IMG/VR virus record: IMGVR_UViG_3300020331_000002
DNA: 64,000 nt
Reading direction: 5' to 3' (one strand)
From: a virus
Lineage: Duplodnaviria; Caudoviricetes
The notes below the pieces were generated by a model. The model saw only the letters and a list, made by a program, of their open reading frames with translations, did not search any database and had not been told where the DNA came from. The position numbers and the translations under genes are program-made. Of this stretch, positions 9,794 to 19,023 are shown in pieces; the first letter of the stretch is position 1; each line of letters starts with the position of its first letter.

Positions 9794-10758
9794 GAAAGAA
9801 CGTACTTGTGCTGGGCTTAGGAATAGGCTCAGTTTATGTTGACGAATTGTCCAAGACCCATGATGTGGACACTCTTGACAATAATCCGGAGTTAGACACG
9901 ACATACAATGAGTTATCTGATCTTGAGGTCATTGATCGCAAGAAGATGTACGACATTGCTATTGTGTGTTTGCCTAATTTCCTACACGAACCAGCAATCG
10001 AAGCGCTGCGAGATTTGGCTGATATCATCCTTGTAGAAAAGCCAGGCTTACCATCTCTTCCTGAATGGCAACGCATGCGCACTGAATGTGAAGTTGAAGG
10101 CACACGACTAGTGATGGCCAAGAACAACATGTACAGAAAAGGTTTAGGTGAGTTCTTTGACTTGGTTGATGTAATGATCGATCATGGCAGCGTCAAAAAG
10201 GTCTGTATTAGTTGGGTCAACAACGCCCGTATTCCTAATCCCGGATCATGGTTTACTGACAAAGACAAAGCCTGGGGCGGCGTTGGCCGCGATCTTATGC
10301 CGCACTTGTTAAACGAACTATTCATGACAATGTACACCGATCCTGCAGATGAGCCATGCGACTGGATCAAGTCCGCAAAACTCACACAACGCTACGATAT
10401 AGACAGCGCATCAAAGTTATGTGGTGATCCGGAATACGCGAATGGTGATGCCACAGGCGTTTATAACGTAGACGATCGAGCTGTGATAGTTGCAGAAGAC
10501 GACGGTGTGGAATACCATCTCACTGCTGACTGGGCACACGACTATGGCGCCGAAGATGTAGGCATATCAGTTGAGCTTACCGAAGGTTATATGCTGTATC
10601 GTTTAGGCTTATGTCCTAACGAGTGCTACGGTGATATGGTAAACACGATGCTCGCGTTTGTTGACGATCAAACATTCTGGGAAGAACAAGCCGAGATTGA
10701 CGATTTCACGCTAGGTGCAATCGACTATTTGTATGAAAATGGAGGCGAAAATGTCTGA
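9790..10758 (+). CDS. Gfo/Idh/MocA family NAD(P) oxidoreductase
   Basis: VLGLGIG Rossmann motif, CLPNFLH, LVEKP, WGGVGRDLMPH. Confidence 0.9.
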   Translation: MRKNVLVLGLGIGSVYVDELSKTHDVDTLDNNPELDTTYNELSDLEVIDRKKMYDIAIVCLPNFLHEPAIEALRDLADIILVEKPGLPSLPEWQRMRTECEVEGTRLVMAKNNMYRKGLGEFFDLVDVMIDHGSVKKVCISWVNNARIPNPGSWFTDKDKAWGGVGRDLMPHLLNELFMTMYTDPADEPCDWIKSAKLTQRYDIDSASKLCGDPEYANGDATGVYNVDDRAVIVAEDDGVEYHLTADWAHDYGAEDVGISVELTEGYMLYRLGLCPNECYGDMVNTMLAFVDDQTFWEEQAEIDDFTLGAIDYLYENGGENV

Positions 10759-11713
10759 GAAGATTAGATACCTGCACGCCTATGGCGACAGAAAGATTGT
10801 GTTTAGTGAAATAGACAAACCTTCTTGTCCTGATAACGGCGTATTAGTAAAAACTATTATGACTGGTGTATGTCGTTCAGACGTAGCACAGTACCTTGGT
10901 GATGAAAAAGGCGTGCCGTTTGGTATGTTCGGTCACGAAGGTCTTGGCGAAGTAGTTGAGATTGGTAAAGATTGCCATAAACCGGGACTAAAAATCGGTT
11001 CTATAGTCAGCACTTGGAGCGACCCCGCGTATGCTGATTACTATCCGGCCAAGATGAATGAGTTTGTTATTGTCCCGGAAGCTGATCCTAAGTATATCTT
11101 GCAGCCGGTGGCATGTGCGATCAACATTCTCATGCAGACTATTAAATTCATGGAGCGCATGAATTTAGAAGGCGAAGAAATCCTGCTTCTTGGCACTGGC
11201 TTTATGAGTACTATCATCGGTGACGCTGCTAAAGCCCGCGGGATTGACATGACTGTCGTCGGTCGCGCTAATACCGAGAAGTGGGATTCGCTTGGTTTTA
11301 AACGTTACGACACCAGTGCTGAATTGTGTGACGAAATAAAAAATAAAACGCGTAAAAATTTTAGTGTAGTCATAGACTTATCGTCAAAAGAAGAAAACTT
11401 TTACGCCATTTCTGAAACCCTTGCTGGTGACGAAGCGTTAATATGTTATGCAGGCACTCCTATGAGTGATGTGAAAACAAACTTCTTTGCCAACTGCTGG
11501 AAATGTCATACGTTAATTATGCCTAGCCCCAGAAACCGTGACTTTAATGATAGTATGGCAGAGTCTGCGAAACTTATTGAAGAAGGTGTTCTTGACACAG
11601 AAAAGCTTTGGACTTGCGGTTATACCCGTGATGTTGAAGCTGACGTGATTCAAGCATTTGAAGACGGGTCTGAAAGGACACCGGATTATATCCGGGGCTA
11701 CATTGTCTGGTAA
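10751..11713 (+). CDS. Zn-dependent medium-chain dehydrogenase (sugar/polyol type)
   Basis: GVCRSD and GHEGLGEVVEIG catalytic-Zn motifs, LLGTGFM nucleotide-binding motif; no structural-Zn lobe. Confidence 0.88.
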   Translation: MSEKIRYLHAYGDRKIVFSEIDKPSCPDNGVLVKTIMTGVCRSDVAQYLGDEKGVPFGMFGHEGLGEVVEIGKDCHKPGLKIGSIVSTWSDPAYADYYPAKMNEFVIVPEADPKYILQPVACAINILMQTIKFMERMNLEGEEILLLGTGFMSTIIGDAAKARGIDMTVVGRANTEKWDSLGFKRYDTSAELCDEIKNKTRKNFSVVIDLSSKEENFYAISETLAGDEALICYAGTPMSDVKTNFFANCWKCHTLIMPSPRNRDFNDSMAESAKLIEEGVLDTEKLWTCGYTRDVEADVIQAFEDGSERTPDYIRGYIVW

Positions 11714-11721
11714 GGTAACTA

Positions 11722-14655
11722 ATGTATATTGACGCAATAAAAGACGCTAAGAATAATAAAATACACACGGTCAACAGGGTTAACGGCGAACGAATTTATA
11801 AGTCGTACCCGATCGACTGGTCTTTTTATTACGACGATTCAACCGGCGAACACATGAGTTGGTATAATACACCAGTCAAGAAAGTGGAGCCGACAAGTGC
11901 CGCTGACTTTAAAAAGTTGGTGGGGTCTTTTGGTAATCGTAGACTTTACGAGTCTGACGTTAACCACGTGTTTAGATGCTTAGAGCAGCATTACCCTGAT
12001 ACGAGTCAGAGTCCCGACTTGCATGTTGCTTTTTTCGATATCGAGACTGACTTTGACGAAGAAATGGGATATTCGTCACCGACAGAAGCATTTAATCCTA
12101 TTACGTCAATTGCTGTATACTTGCAATGGTGTAATACTATGGTGTGTTTGGCAGTGCCGCCTCCTACGTTATCGTGGGAAGAGGCAAAAGCCATTGCAGC
12201 GCAGGTCCCTGATGTCATACTGTGCGCCACCGAGAAAGAAATGCTACAAGATTTCTTGAGCATTATTGAAGATGCTGACGTATTGTCTGGCTGGAACAGT
12301 GCAATGTACGATATTCCGTACACTATTCACCGCTTGCAGAAAACTATAGGCGGCGAAGCTGCACGACAAATGTGCCTTTGGGGACACATGCCACAGCGCA
12401 AGAAAGTGAATCACTTCGGTAAAGAAGAAGTGACATATTCGCTTATAGGACGACAGCATTTGGATTATCTTGATCTGTACAAGAAGTACACGTATGAAGA
12501 GAAACAAAGTTACAAGCTGAACTCAATTGCTGAAGCCGAGTTAGGCGAGCAGAAAGTCGAGTACCAAGGCACGCTTGATGACCTGTACAAGAAAGACTTT
12601 AAAAAGTTTTTAGAGTACAACATTCAAGATACCAAGCTACTTGATAGCCTAGACGAAAAGCTCAAGTATATTGACCTGGTTAACACCATTGCACACAACA
12701 ACCAGGTGCCGATCCAAACAGCACTGGGCACAGTGTCTATGATGGAACAGGTCATCACTGTTGAAGCACATAACAACGGGTTTATAGTTCCGGACAAACG
12801 TAAAGATATTACGGACGACGGGCAAGCCGCAGGCGGATGGGTTAGTAGGCCTAAAAAGGGATTACACCGCTGGGTAGGCAGCTCGGATTTGAACTCACTT
12901 TATCCGTCAGTTATCCGTGCATTTAACATGAGTCCTGAAACGATTGTTGGGCAAGTAGATATGTCTTACACTCGTAGTTGTGTTGAAGAATATATCGCTA
13001 AAGGATCCAAGTATACATTCTCCGGCTGGTGGAATGATCGTTTCAATATTCTTGAAATGGAAGCGTTTTATGACGGCAGCAAGACTACGCCTGTTAAACT
13101 ACACATTGAAGACAACGGCAAGAAGGGGCCTATACTTGATATAACAGGGCGTGAATTACGTGATGTTATTTTCAGTGAAGATCATGACTGGTGTATAAGT
13201 GCTAACGGGACTATATTTGATAATAGTCGTCAAGGTACTGTGCCCAGCTTGCTTTCAAGATGGTATAACGAACGTAAACAATTACAGAAAGTAATGAAAC
13301 GTCTAAAGTTCCTTGCAGCGGCCAACTATGAAGTGCCCAGCGATCTAGTTGCGCACTTTGCAGCTGATGAAGAAAAAGAACTTACCAAGAACGACGTTTA
13401 CGACTTTCCGCTTGATGCGTTTGACGAGATGGTCAACAACAAAGACGTTGAGACACTTAAAAGCTTTATGGACACATGGGGCTTGACTGTACACAACGGC
13501 CACTTTGCACCTTGTCCTGCTTGGAAGACTGCGTACACGTATGCCTGTGACTATTGGGATAAACAACAATTAGTTCGTAAGATTAACCTGAACTCGTGTT
13601 ACGGCGGACTATTGAACGCGCACATGAAGTTCTACGATCAGCGAATTGGTCAGAGTACTACGCTAAGTGGCCGTTCAATCACACGTCACATGACTGCTAA
13701 GACTGCTGAATTGCTTGAAGGCAAATACGACATAGAAGACGTGAAGTCTATTATCTACAACGATACTGACTCTGTGTATTTCTCAGTATGGCCTGTAATC
13801 AAAGACAAGGTAGAAGCGGGTGAAATGGAATGGAACAAAGACATAGCTGTGAAGCTGTATGACGATGTATCCGATCAGGTGAGCGATACTTTCCCTGAGT
13901 TCCTTAAAACGAAGTTTAATGTACCCGAACACCGCGGTTCTATTATTGCAAGTGGGCGTGAAATTGTTGCTGAGTCTGGATTGTATATTACCAAGAAACG
14001 TTATGCTGCTCTAGTGTATGACGATGAAGGTGTTAGACGCGATACAGACGGCAAGCCCGGTAAACTAAAAGCCATGGGTCTTGACTTGCGACGAAGCGAC
14101 ACCCCTGTTTATATCCAGGAATTTTTAAAAGAGATTCTGTTGGATACGCTACAGAACAAAGGTGAAAGCTATGTCGTTGACAAGATACTTGACTTTAAGA
14201 AAAACGTACAAGGCAAGCTCAAGCCGTGGCAGCGAGGAGTACCGAAAGCTGTAAACGGCATGTACAAGTATACCAAAAAGAAAGAACAACACATCGAGAA
14301 TCTGATGCGCGGTGTGAAGTCATCCTTGGCTATCCCGGGTCACGTACAAGCTAGTTTCAACTGGAACGAGTTGCTTGAATCCAATGGCGACATGGAGTCT
14401 ACTAAGATAACAGACGGCACGAAAGTTATTGTATGTTACTTAAAGACTAACGAGCGCAACTATACGTCTGTTGCGTACCCGGTGGACCAGTCACGTTTAC
14501 CTACTTGGTTTACTGATTTGCCATTTGACGTTGATGACATGGAAGAACGTGTTCTTGACAAGAAAGTAAGTAACTTACTTTCGGTGCTTAAGTGGGACTT
14601 AAGCATGGCTAGTAAACAAGGCGAGGTATTTGGTAACTTGTTTACTTTTAATTAA
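11722..14655 (+). CDS. polB: family B DNA polymerase
   Basis: Exo FFDIETD, GWNS; pol motifs SDLNSLYPS, KINLNSCYG, YNDTDS, KKRY. Confidence 0.98.
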   Translation: MYIDAIKDAKNNKIHTVNRVNGERIYKSYPIDWSFYYDDSTGEHMSWYNTPVKKVEPTSAADFKKLVGSFGNRRLYESDVNHVFRCLEQHYPDTSQSPDLHVAFFDIETDFDEEMGYSSPTEAFNPITSIAVYLQWCNTMVCLAVPPPTLSWEEAKAIAAQVPDVILCATEKEMLQDFLSIIEDADVLSGWNSAMYDIPYTIHRLQKTIGGEAARQMCLWGHMPQRKKVNHFGKEEVTYSLIGRQHLDYLDLYKKYTYEEKQSYKLNSIAEAELGEQKVEYQGTLDDLYKKDFKKFLEYNIQDTKLLDSLDEKLKYIDLVNTIAHNNQVPIQTALGTVSMMEQVITVEAHNNGFIVPDKRKDITDDGQAAGGWVSRPKKGLHRWVGSSDLNSLYPSVIRAFNMSPETIVGQVDMSYTRSCVEEYIAKGSKYTFSGWWNDRFNILEMEAFYDGSKTTPVKLHIEDNGKKGPILDITGRELRDVIFSEDHDWCISANGTIFDNSRQGTVPSLLSRWYNERKQLQKVMKRLKFLAAANYEVPSDLVAHFAADEEKELTKNDVYDFPLDAFDEMVNNKDVETLKSFMDTWGLTVHNGHFAPCPAWKTAYTYACDYWDKQQLVRKINLNSCYGGLLNAHMKFYDQRIGQSTTLSGRSITRHMTAKTAELLEGKYDIEDVKSIIYNDTDSVYFSVWPVIKDKVEAGEMEWNKDIAVKLYDDVSDQVSDTFPEFLKTKFNVPEHRGSIIASGREIVAESGLYITKKRYAALVYDDEGVRRDTDGKPGKLKAMGLDLRRSDTPVYIQEFLKEILLDTLQNKGESYVVDKILDFKKNVQGKLKPWQRGVPKAVNGMYKYTKKKEQHIENLMRGVKSSLAIPGHVQASFNWNELLESNGDMESTKITDGTKVIVCYLKTNERNYTSVAYPVDQSRLPTWFTDLPFDVDDMEERVLDKKVSNLLSVLKWDLSMASKQGEVFGNLFTFN

Positions 14656-14665
14656 AACGGAATCC

Positions 14666-14697
14666 GACTTGACAAAAACTGTCAAGTCGCGTATAAT
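14666..14697 (+). promoter_or_regulatory. sigma70-type promoter overlapped by a 9-bp inverted repeat
   Basis: TTGACA-17-TATAAT; GACTTGACA-aaaac-TGTCAAGTC palindrome. Confidence 0.75.
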
Positions 14698-14740
14698 ACA
14701 TCAGATAATAATAAGAAGAAGCCTAGGAGCTCACACACAT

Positions 14741-15511
14741 ATGTCTAAAGTAACCTACGAAGGTCTAAACGATCTTCTTCAATTCACTCACCGTCTTGGT
14801 TTCATCCCTGCTGTTAAGCTAACAGGTACAGCGGAAGAGACTCAGGCAGCGTCTATCCTGGAAGACAAGTCTGTTGTCTTTTTTGGTAAACTGCGCACAC
14901 CAATCAGCGAACTACAGGGGCAAGTAGTAGGCCTTTCTCGTATGAACGTACTTGACGGCTTTATGCGTTATCCCGACTTTACACCGACTAAAAACGGTAC
15001 TATCTCGTTCAAGAAAGAAAACCACCCATCTCATGGTGATGTTGTTAGTGAAGTGCACTTTGAAAGTAAAGCTGGTACGACTGGTAGCTATCGTTTCGTA
15101 GGCCGTACTACAATCGAAGAACAGATTCGTGTACCGGAGTTCCGTGGCGTTAACTGGGACATTACCTACGTACCTACTAAAGAAGACTACGAAGACTTAA
15201 AATACCTAGCTGGTATCTTCGCAGCGCAAGAAGCTGTATTCATTCCTGAAATTGCAGGCGATGAACTTGTATTCAGCATCGGTACCCAAGCAAGTGACCG
15301 CACACAAATTCACCTAAACACTGGTGAACTCACTGTGGAAAACACGTTGAAAGGTAATTTGAGCTGGCCGCTAGATAAGGTACTAACTATTCTAGCTAAA
15401 GGCATGGACGCAGAGTGTAAGATGTTTATTTCTTCAGCCGGTGCGCTTAAGATTGAGATCGACACTGGTGTTGGCCTTTACGAGTACATCCTGACAGCGA
15501 AGCCTGTTTAA
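14741..15511 (+). CDS. probable sliding clamp (gp45-like fold)
   Basis: 256 aa, beta-rich, directly after polB; C-terminal GALKIEIDTGVGLYEYIL; start at MSKVTY after AGGAG. Confidence 0.55.
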   Translation: MSKVTYEGLNDLLQFTHRLGFIPAVKLTGTAEETQAASILEDKSVVFFGKLRTPISELQGQVVGLSRMNVLDGFMRYPDFTPTKNGTISFKKENHPSHGDVVSEVHFESKAGTTGSYRFVGRTTIEEQIRVPEFRGVNWDITYVPTKEDYEDLKYLAGIFAAQEAVFIPEIAGDELVFSIGTQASDRTQIHLNTGELTVENTLKGNLSWPLDKVLTILAKGMDAECKMFISSAGALKIEIDTGVGLYEYILTAKPV

Positions 15512-15540
15512 AACAACAATAACAAACACACGAGGCTCGA

Positions 15541-17280
15541 ATGAGTAGAGAAAATCACGATTTGAGTGCCGAGTTTGATGAGCAGAATTACGCGGTCTAC
15601 TTGCCCGCGTTATCTGGCTTTTATACTCAGTCACTTGCTAAGGTTAAAGACAAACCTGAAACTATGCGTAAAGACGGTCCGCCTAAGGGATTCGAATACG
15701 GCTTTGAAGGCTTAGACTTCTTGAGAAAAGAAGACAATTACTTTAGGTACCGTTATGCGCTATACTCTGCAGGTCACGCGCAACTGGACTTAGAAAAAGC
15801 TAACGCTGATTCACCTATGGTGCACGAACGTCCAGACGATACTATTATTGTTGGCGACTCGGGCGGGTTCCAGCTTGCAACTGGCGTAATTAAAATGAAC
15901 TGGGAAAATGCGAAGTCTGCAAATGACCCAGAGCGTGAAAAGTTGTGTGAGAAAATCCTGCGTTGGCTAGAGCATACTGCTGACTGGTCAATGACGCTGG
16001 ATGTGCCGGCCCTAGCGGCAGCGCCACCACTAAACAAAAAGACTGGTTTAACAAGTTTCCAAGATACACTAGATATTACTCTGCTGAATCTTGATTACTT
16101 TATGAAGAATCGTGTACCCGGTGCGACTAAGTTCCTGAACGTGCTTTCTGGCTCCACACAAACCGATCTTAAGCGTTGGTACGACGCGGTAATAAAGTAT
16201 TCAGATCCAGAGCAGGTAAAAGCTATGGGCTATACAGAAGACCGCACACTGGAAGGCTTTGCATACGCTGGTATTAACGCACTTAATATTGGCTCTGCGC
16301 TTGAGACAACGTGTCGACTAATTGACGACGGCATGCTTAAAGAGTGTGAGTGGATTCACATACTAGGTATTGGCCGCACTGACTACGCGTGTTATATCAA
16401 CTCACTACAACGTGAACTGAATAAACACCATGCGCCTAAACTTAAGATTAGTTACGATGCGGCAAGCCCGTTTGTATCTACTGCGTATGGGCAGTTTTAC
16501 GGTGACGGCACGTACACCAAACACCGCATTGGTTACAACATGGGCAAGGCACCAGACGACAAGCGCTTAGCGTTCTGTGAAGATCGCATGCCGTGGAACA
16601 ATCCTATTATGAACCGTTGTCGTATTAATGACATCTGTGTTCGTAAGCCGGCGTATGCTGAGGTCAACGGTGAACTACTATTCCCGCGACAAAGCAAGTT
16701 TAAAGACAAGAAGAAAGCTGAGGCTGAAAACGAAGTGTTCCTAGCTGAGTTTGAAGATCAGATTAATGACTTGCGCGAAGCAGGGGTAGAAGCAACGTTT
16801 TATCCGCCAGAGCTTAATCGCCAGGATAAAGAAACACGTACTTCATGGGACATTGGTTCTTACATGATTATGATGGGTCACAACGTGTGGACACACATTG
16901 ACTCAGTAACACAAGCGATCCGCTTAGGCAAGCTTGAAGCACATAACTACCGTGATGTGTCGTGGCGCGACTGGATGCCCGGAAAGGGCAAGAGTTCAAC
17001 TAACGCTTTCGCTGAATATGTGCCCGGCTCTGTTATCTACTTTGATAGCTTGTGTCGCGACTTGTTTGATCCAGCGCGTACTAGCGAAGAACGCATGCAA
17101 ATTCTTAAAGAAGCGCAACCGTTCCTCAACACTATTAACGCACGTAACTTGGGATCGGGCAATGTGTTCGACAGCTTATTTGATATAGGCGACGAAGGCG
17201 CGACTGACCCTGAAAGCTCTTATGCTAGCCTCGATGATGAAAAGATGGTAAATCTGGAACAGCATCAAGACGACTTGTAA
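15541..17280 (+). CDS. dpdA: TGT-fold guanine transglycosylase, DpdA-like (7-deazaguanine insertion)
   Basis: GDSGGFQ signature, MTLDVP, WIHILGIG, SYDAASP; adjacent to queE. Confidence 0.8.
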   Translation: MSRENHDLSAEFDEQNYAVYLPALSGFYTQSLAKVKDKPETMRKDGPPKGFEYGFEGLDFLRKEDNYFRYRYALYSAGHAQLDLEKANADSPMVHERPDDTIIVGDSGGFQLATGVIKMNWENAKSANDPEREKLCEKILRWLEHTADWSMTLDVPALAAAPPLNKKTGLTSFQDTLDITLLNLDYFMKNRVPGATKFLNVLSGSTQTDLKRWYDAVIKYSDPEQVKAMGYTEDRTLEGFAYAGINALNIGSALETTCRLIDDGMLKECEWIHILGIGRTDYACYINSLQRELNKHHAPKLKISYDAASPFVSTAYGQFYGDGTYTKHRIGYNMGKAPDDKRLAFCEDRMPWNNPIMNRCRINDICVRKPAYAEVNGELLFPRQSKFKDKKKAEAENEVFLAEFEDQINDLREAGVEATFYPPELNRQDKETRTSWDIGSYMIMMGHNVWTHIDSVTQAIRLGKLEAHNYRDVSWRDWMPGKGKSSTNAFAEYVPGSVIYFDSLCRDLFDPARTSEERMQILKEAQPFLNTINARNLGSGNVFDSLFDIGDEGATDPESSYASLDDEKMVNLEQHQDDL

Positions 17281-17295
17281 GAATAAAATATATTT

Positions 17296-17321
17296 AAAAA
17301 GCGCCAAACAGGCGCTTTTTT
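17296..17321 (+). terminator. intrinsic terminator (bidirectional type)
   Basis: AAAAAGCGCC-aaaca-GGCGCTTTTT. Confidence 0.85.
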
Positions 17322-17388
17322 GTTGCAATTTTTGGTAGTTCTGCTATACTACTTAAAACCGTAGAATAAAAATTATAAGGTTGTGTAA

Positions 17389-18294
17389 ATGTCTAAAGAA
17401 TATAGATATACTGAAATTTTTAGAAGTTTGCAGGGTGAAGGCATGTACACCGGCGCTAACACCGCTTGGTTACGTTTCTTTATGTGTAACTTGGAGTGCC
17501 GTGGTTTCGGACAACCGGAGCCAGCTAATCCAGAGTCTTACTACCCTGTGGGCCAGACTATTGATATCACTGATATCACTAGCTTAGATGATGTACCGGT
17601 ACATGAGTACGGTTGCGACAGTGCTTACTCTGTTGCCAAGCAGTACAGAAACCTTGCTATGAAAGGTACTGCTGCTGAAATTGCGGACAAGATAACTGCG
17701 ATGCTGGCCAATGACTTTAATCCAGATGGGTTGTTTTTAAATCCGCATACTGGCTTAGACACGCATATGGCATTTACTGGTGGCGAGCCCATGATGCAAC
17801 AACCAGCCATAATCGAGATTATGGAAGAGTTTAATCGCAGAAGTAATCCTATCCGTTACATGACTATTGAGACCAATGGTACACGTAACTTGAACGGGAA
17901 GTTTGGGTCTTATATTGCGGAGCAACTTCTCTGTTCAGAATTACAAGAAGTGTTCTGGTCAATTAGTCCTAAACTAAAGCACGTATCGGGCGAGGATCTT
18001 GAAAAAGCGATCAAGCCAGCAGTGTTGGCAGCTTACGCTGATACGTACGATCACGGACAATTAAAGTTCGTGTTAAACAACGATCCCACAGCATGGCGTG
18101 AGTTGCACTCGGCAATTAAAAAGTTCCGTGATGTTGGTGTCGATTGGCCTGTATACATTATGCCGGTTGGTGGTCTTAAAGAAGATCAAGAATGTGACGC
18201 AACACGTAGAGTAGTTGAACGCGCATTATACGAAGGGTTCCATGTCAGTGGGCGCTTGCATGCGCACATCTTTGGTAATGAACACAACACGTAA
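17389..18294 (+). CDS. queE: 7-carboxy-7-deazaguanine synthase (radical SAM)
   Basis: EIFRSLQGEG, CX3CX38C cluster, FTGGEP, IETNGT, SPK, SGRLHAHIFGN. Confidence 0.92.
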   Translation: MSKEYRYTEIFRSLQGEGMYTGANTAWLRFFMCNLECRGFGQPEPANPESYYPVGQTIDITDITSLDDVPVHEYGCDSAYSVAKQYRNLAMKGTAAEIADKITAMLANDFNPDGLFLNPHTGLDTHMAFTGGEPMMQQPAIIEIMEEFNRRSNPIRYMTIETNGTRNLNGKFGSYIAEQLLCSELQEVFWSISPKLKHVSGEDLEKAIKPAVLAAYADTYDHGQLKFVLNNDPTAWRELHSAIKKFRDVGVDWPVYIMPVGGLKEDQECDATRRVVERALYEGFHVSGRLHAHIFGNEHNT

Positions 18295-18307
18295 TAAGGA
18301 CGAGGAC

Positions 18308-18514
18308 ATGGCCATGTTTTACGACGATGTTAGCTATGATGTGCTTAGCGAGTCAGGCGGCAGAATTGACTGGCTCGAGGAAGACTTAGAAAAAGCAGAG
18401 GAGCGAAATAAAAAGCTCTTGGAAAAATTAGAGTTTATATTGGAGAACTCTGAAGAAGCCCGCGGCCTGGCAAACGTCTGGGACGCCTCGATCAAAATAC
18501 AGAAAGGTGGTTAA
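18308..18514 (+). CDS. small coiled-coil protein
   Basis: GAGGA RBS; start corrected from ORF track. Confidence 0.65.
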   Translation: MAMFYDDVSYDVLSESGGRIDWLEEDLEKAEERNKKLLEKLEFILENSEEARGLANVWDASIKIQKGG

Positions 18515-18515
18515 C

Positions 18516-18668
18516 ATGATGTTCGAAGAAGATGGTCCTGACACTGTTTTTAAAGGTAGTAAATCAAATCACGACCTTGAAGAAGAGAACCGGGAGTTGA
18601 AAGCACAACTCGACGCACTTACTGAGAGACTCGATAAGCTCGAAGAGAGGATTCAAAATGAACGATGA
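18516..18668 (+). CDS. 50-aa coiled-coil protein (not in ORF track)
   Basis: MMFEEDGPD…LKAQLDALTERLDKLEERIQNER; fills gap in operon. Confidence 0.55.
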   Translation: MMFEEDGPDTVFKGSKSNHDLEEENRELKAQLDALTERLDKLEERIQNER

Positions 18669-19023
18669 TGACGTTTTCAAACCCGGTGATATCTGGAAAA
18701 GATCACTGCAAAAAGCAAGTGATAAGTATGACCCGTGGGCGGACCAGCGTGCCGCCGACTATATGTCAGAAACCATAAGAAAACAGCGAGATAACGATTT
18801 TAGGGATTTCCTGTTACACGGTTTATACAAGTCTGAGGAAAGCGCTGCTACCAAACGCGTCAAAGAAGCAGAAGAGCGCTACCAACGCCTGCACCGTGAT
18901 TTAAAAGACCTTCTGGATATGTGCCCAGAAGCGCAGGACGCTTGGAATAAGCTAATGGGAATCAGACGTTTACAAGGCGAGGACGAGTACAATGACAGTA
19001 TATCCAAAAGATCCGGAGGTTAA
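18658..19023 (+). CDS. coiled-coil protein, paralog-like to 18308 gene
   Basis: EERYQRLHRDLKDLL…EA vs EERNKKLLEKLEFIL…EA. Confidence 0.6.
   Translation: MNDDDVFKPGDIWKRSLQKASDKYDPWADQRAADYMSETIRKQRDNDFRDFLLHGLYKSEESAATKRVKEAEERYQRLHRDLKDLLDMCPEAQDAWNKLMGIRRLQGEDEYNDSISKRSGG

Noticed and set aside
13295-13560. Intein in PolB
   Set aside because: Too short, with no Cys/Ser start, His-Asn end or LAGLIDADG motif.
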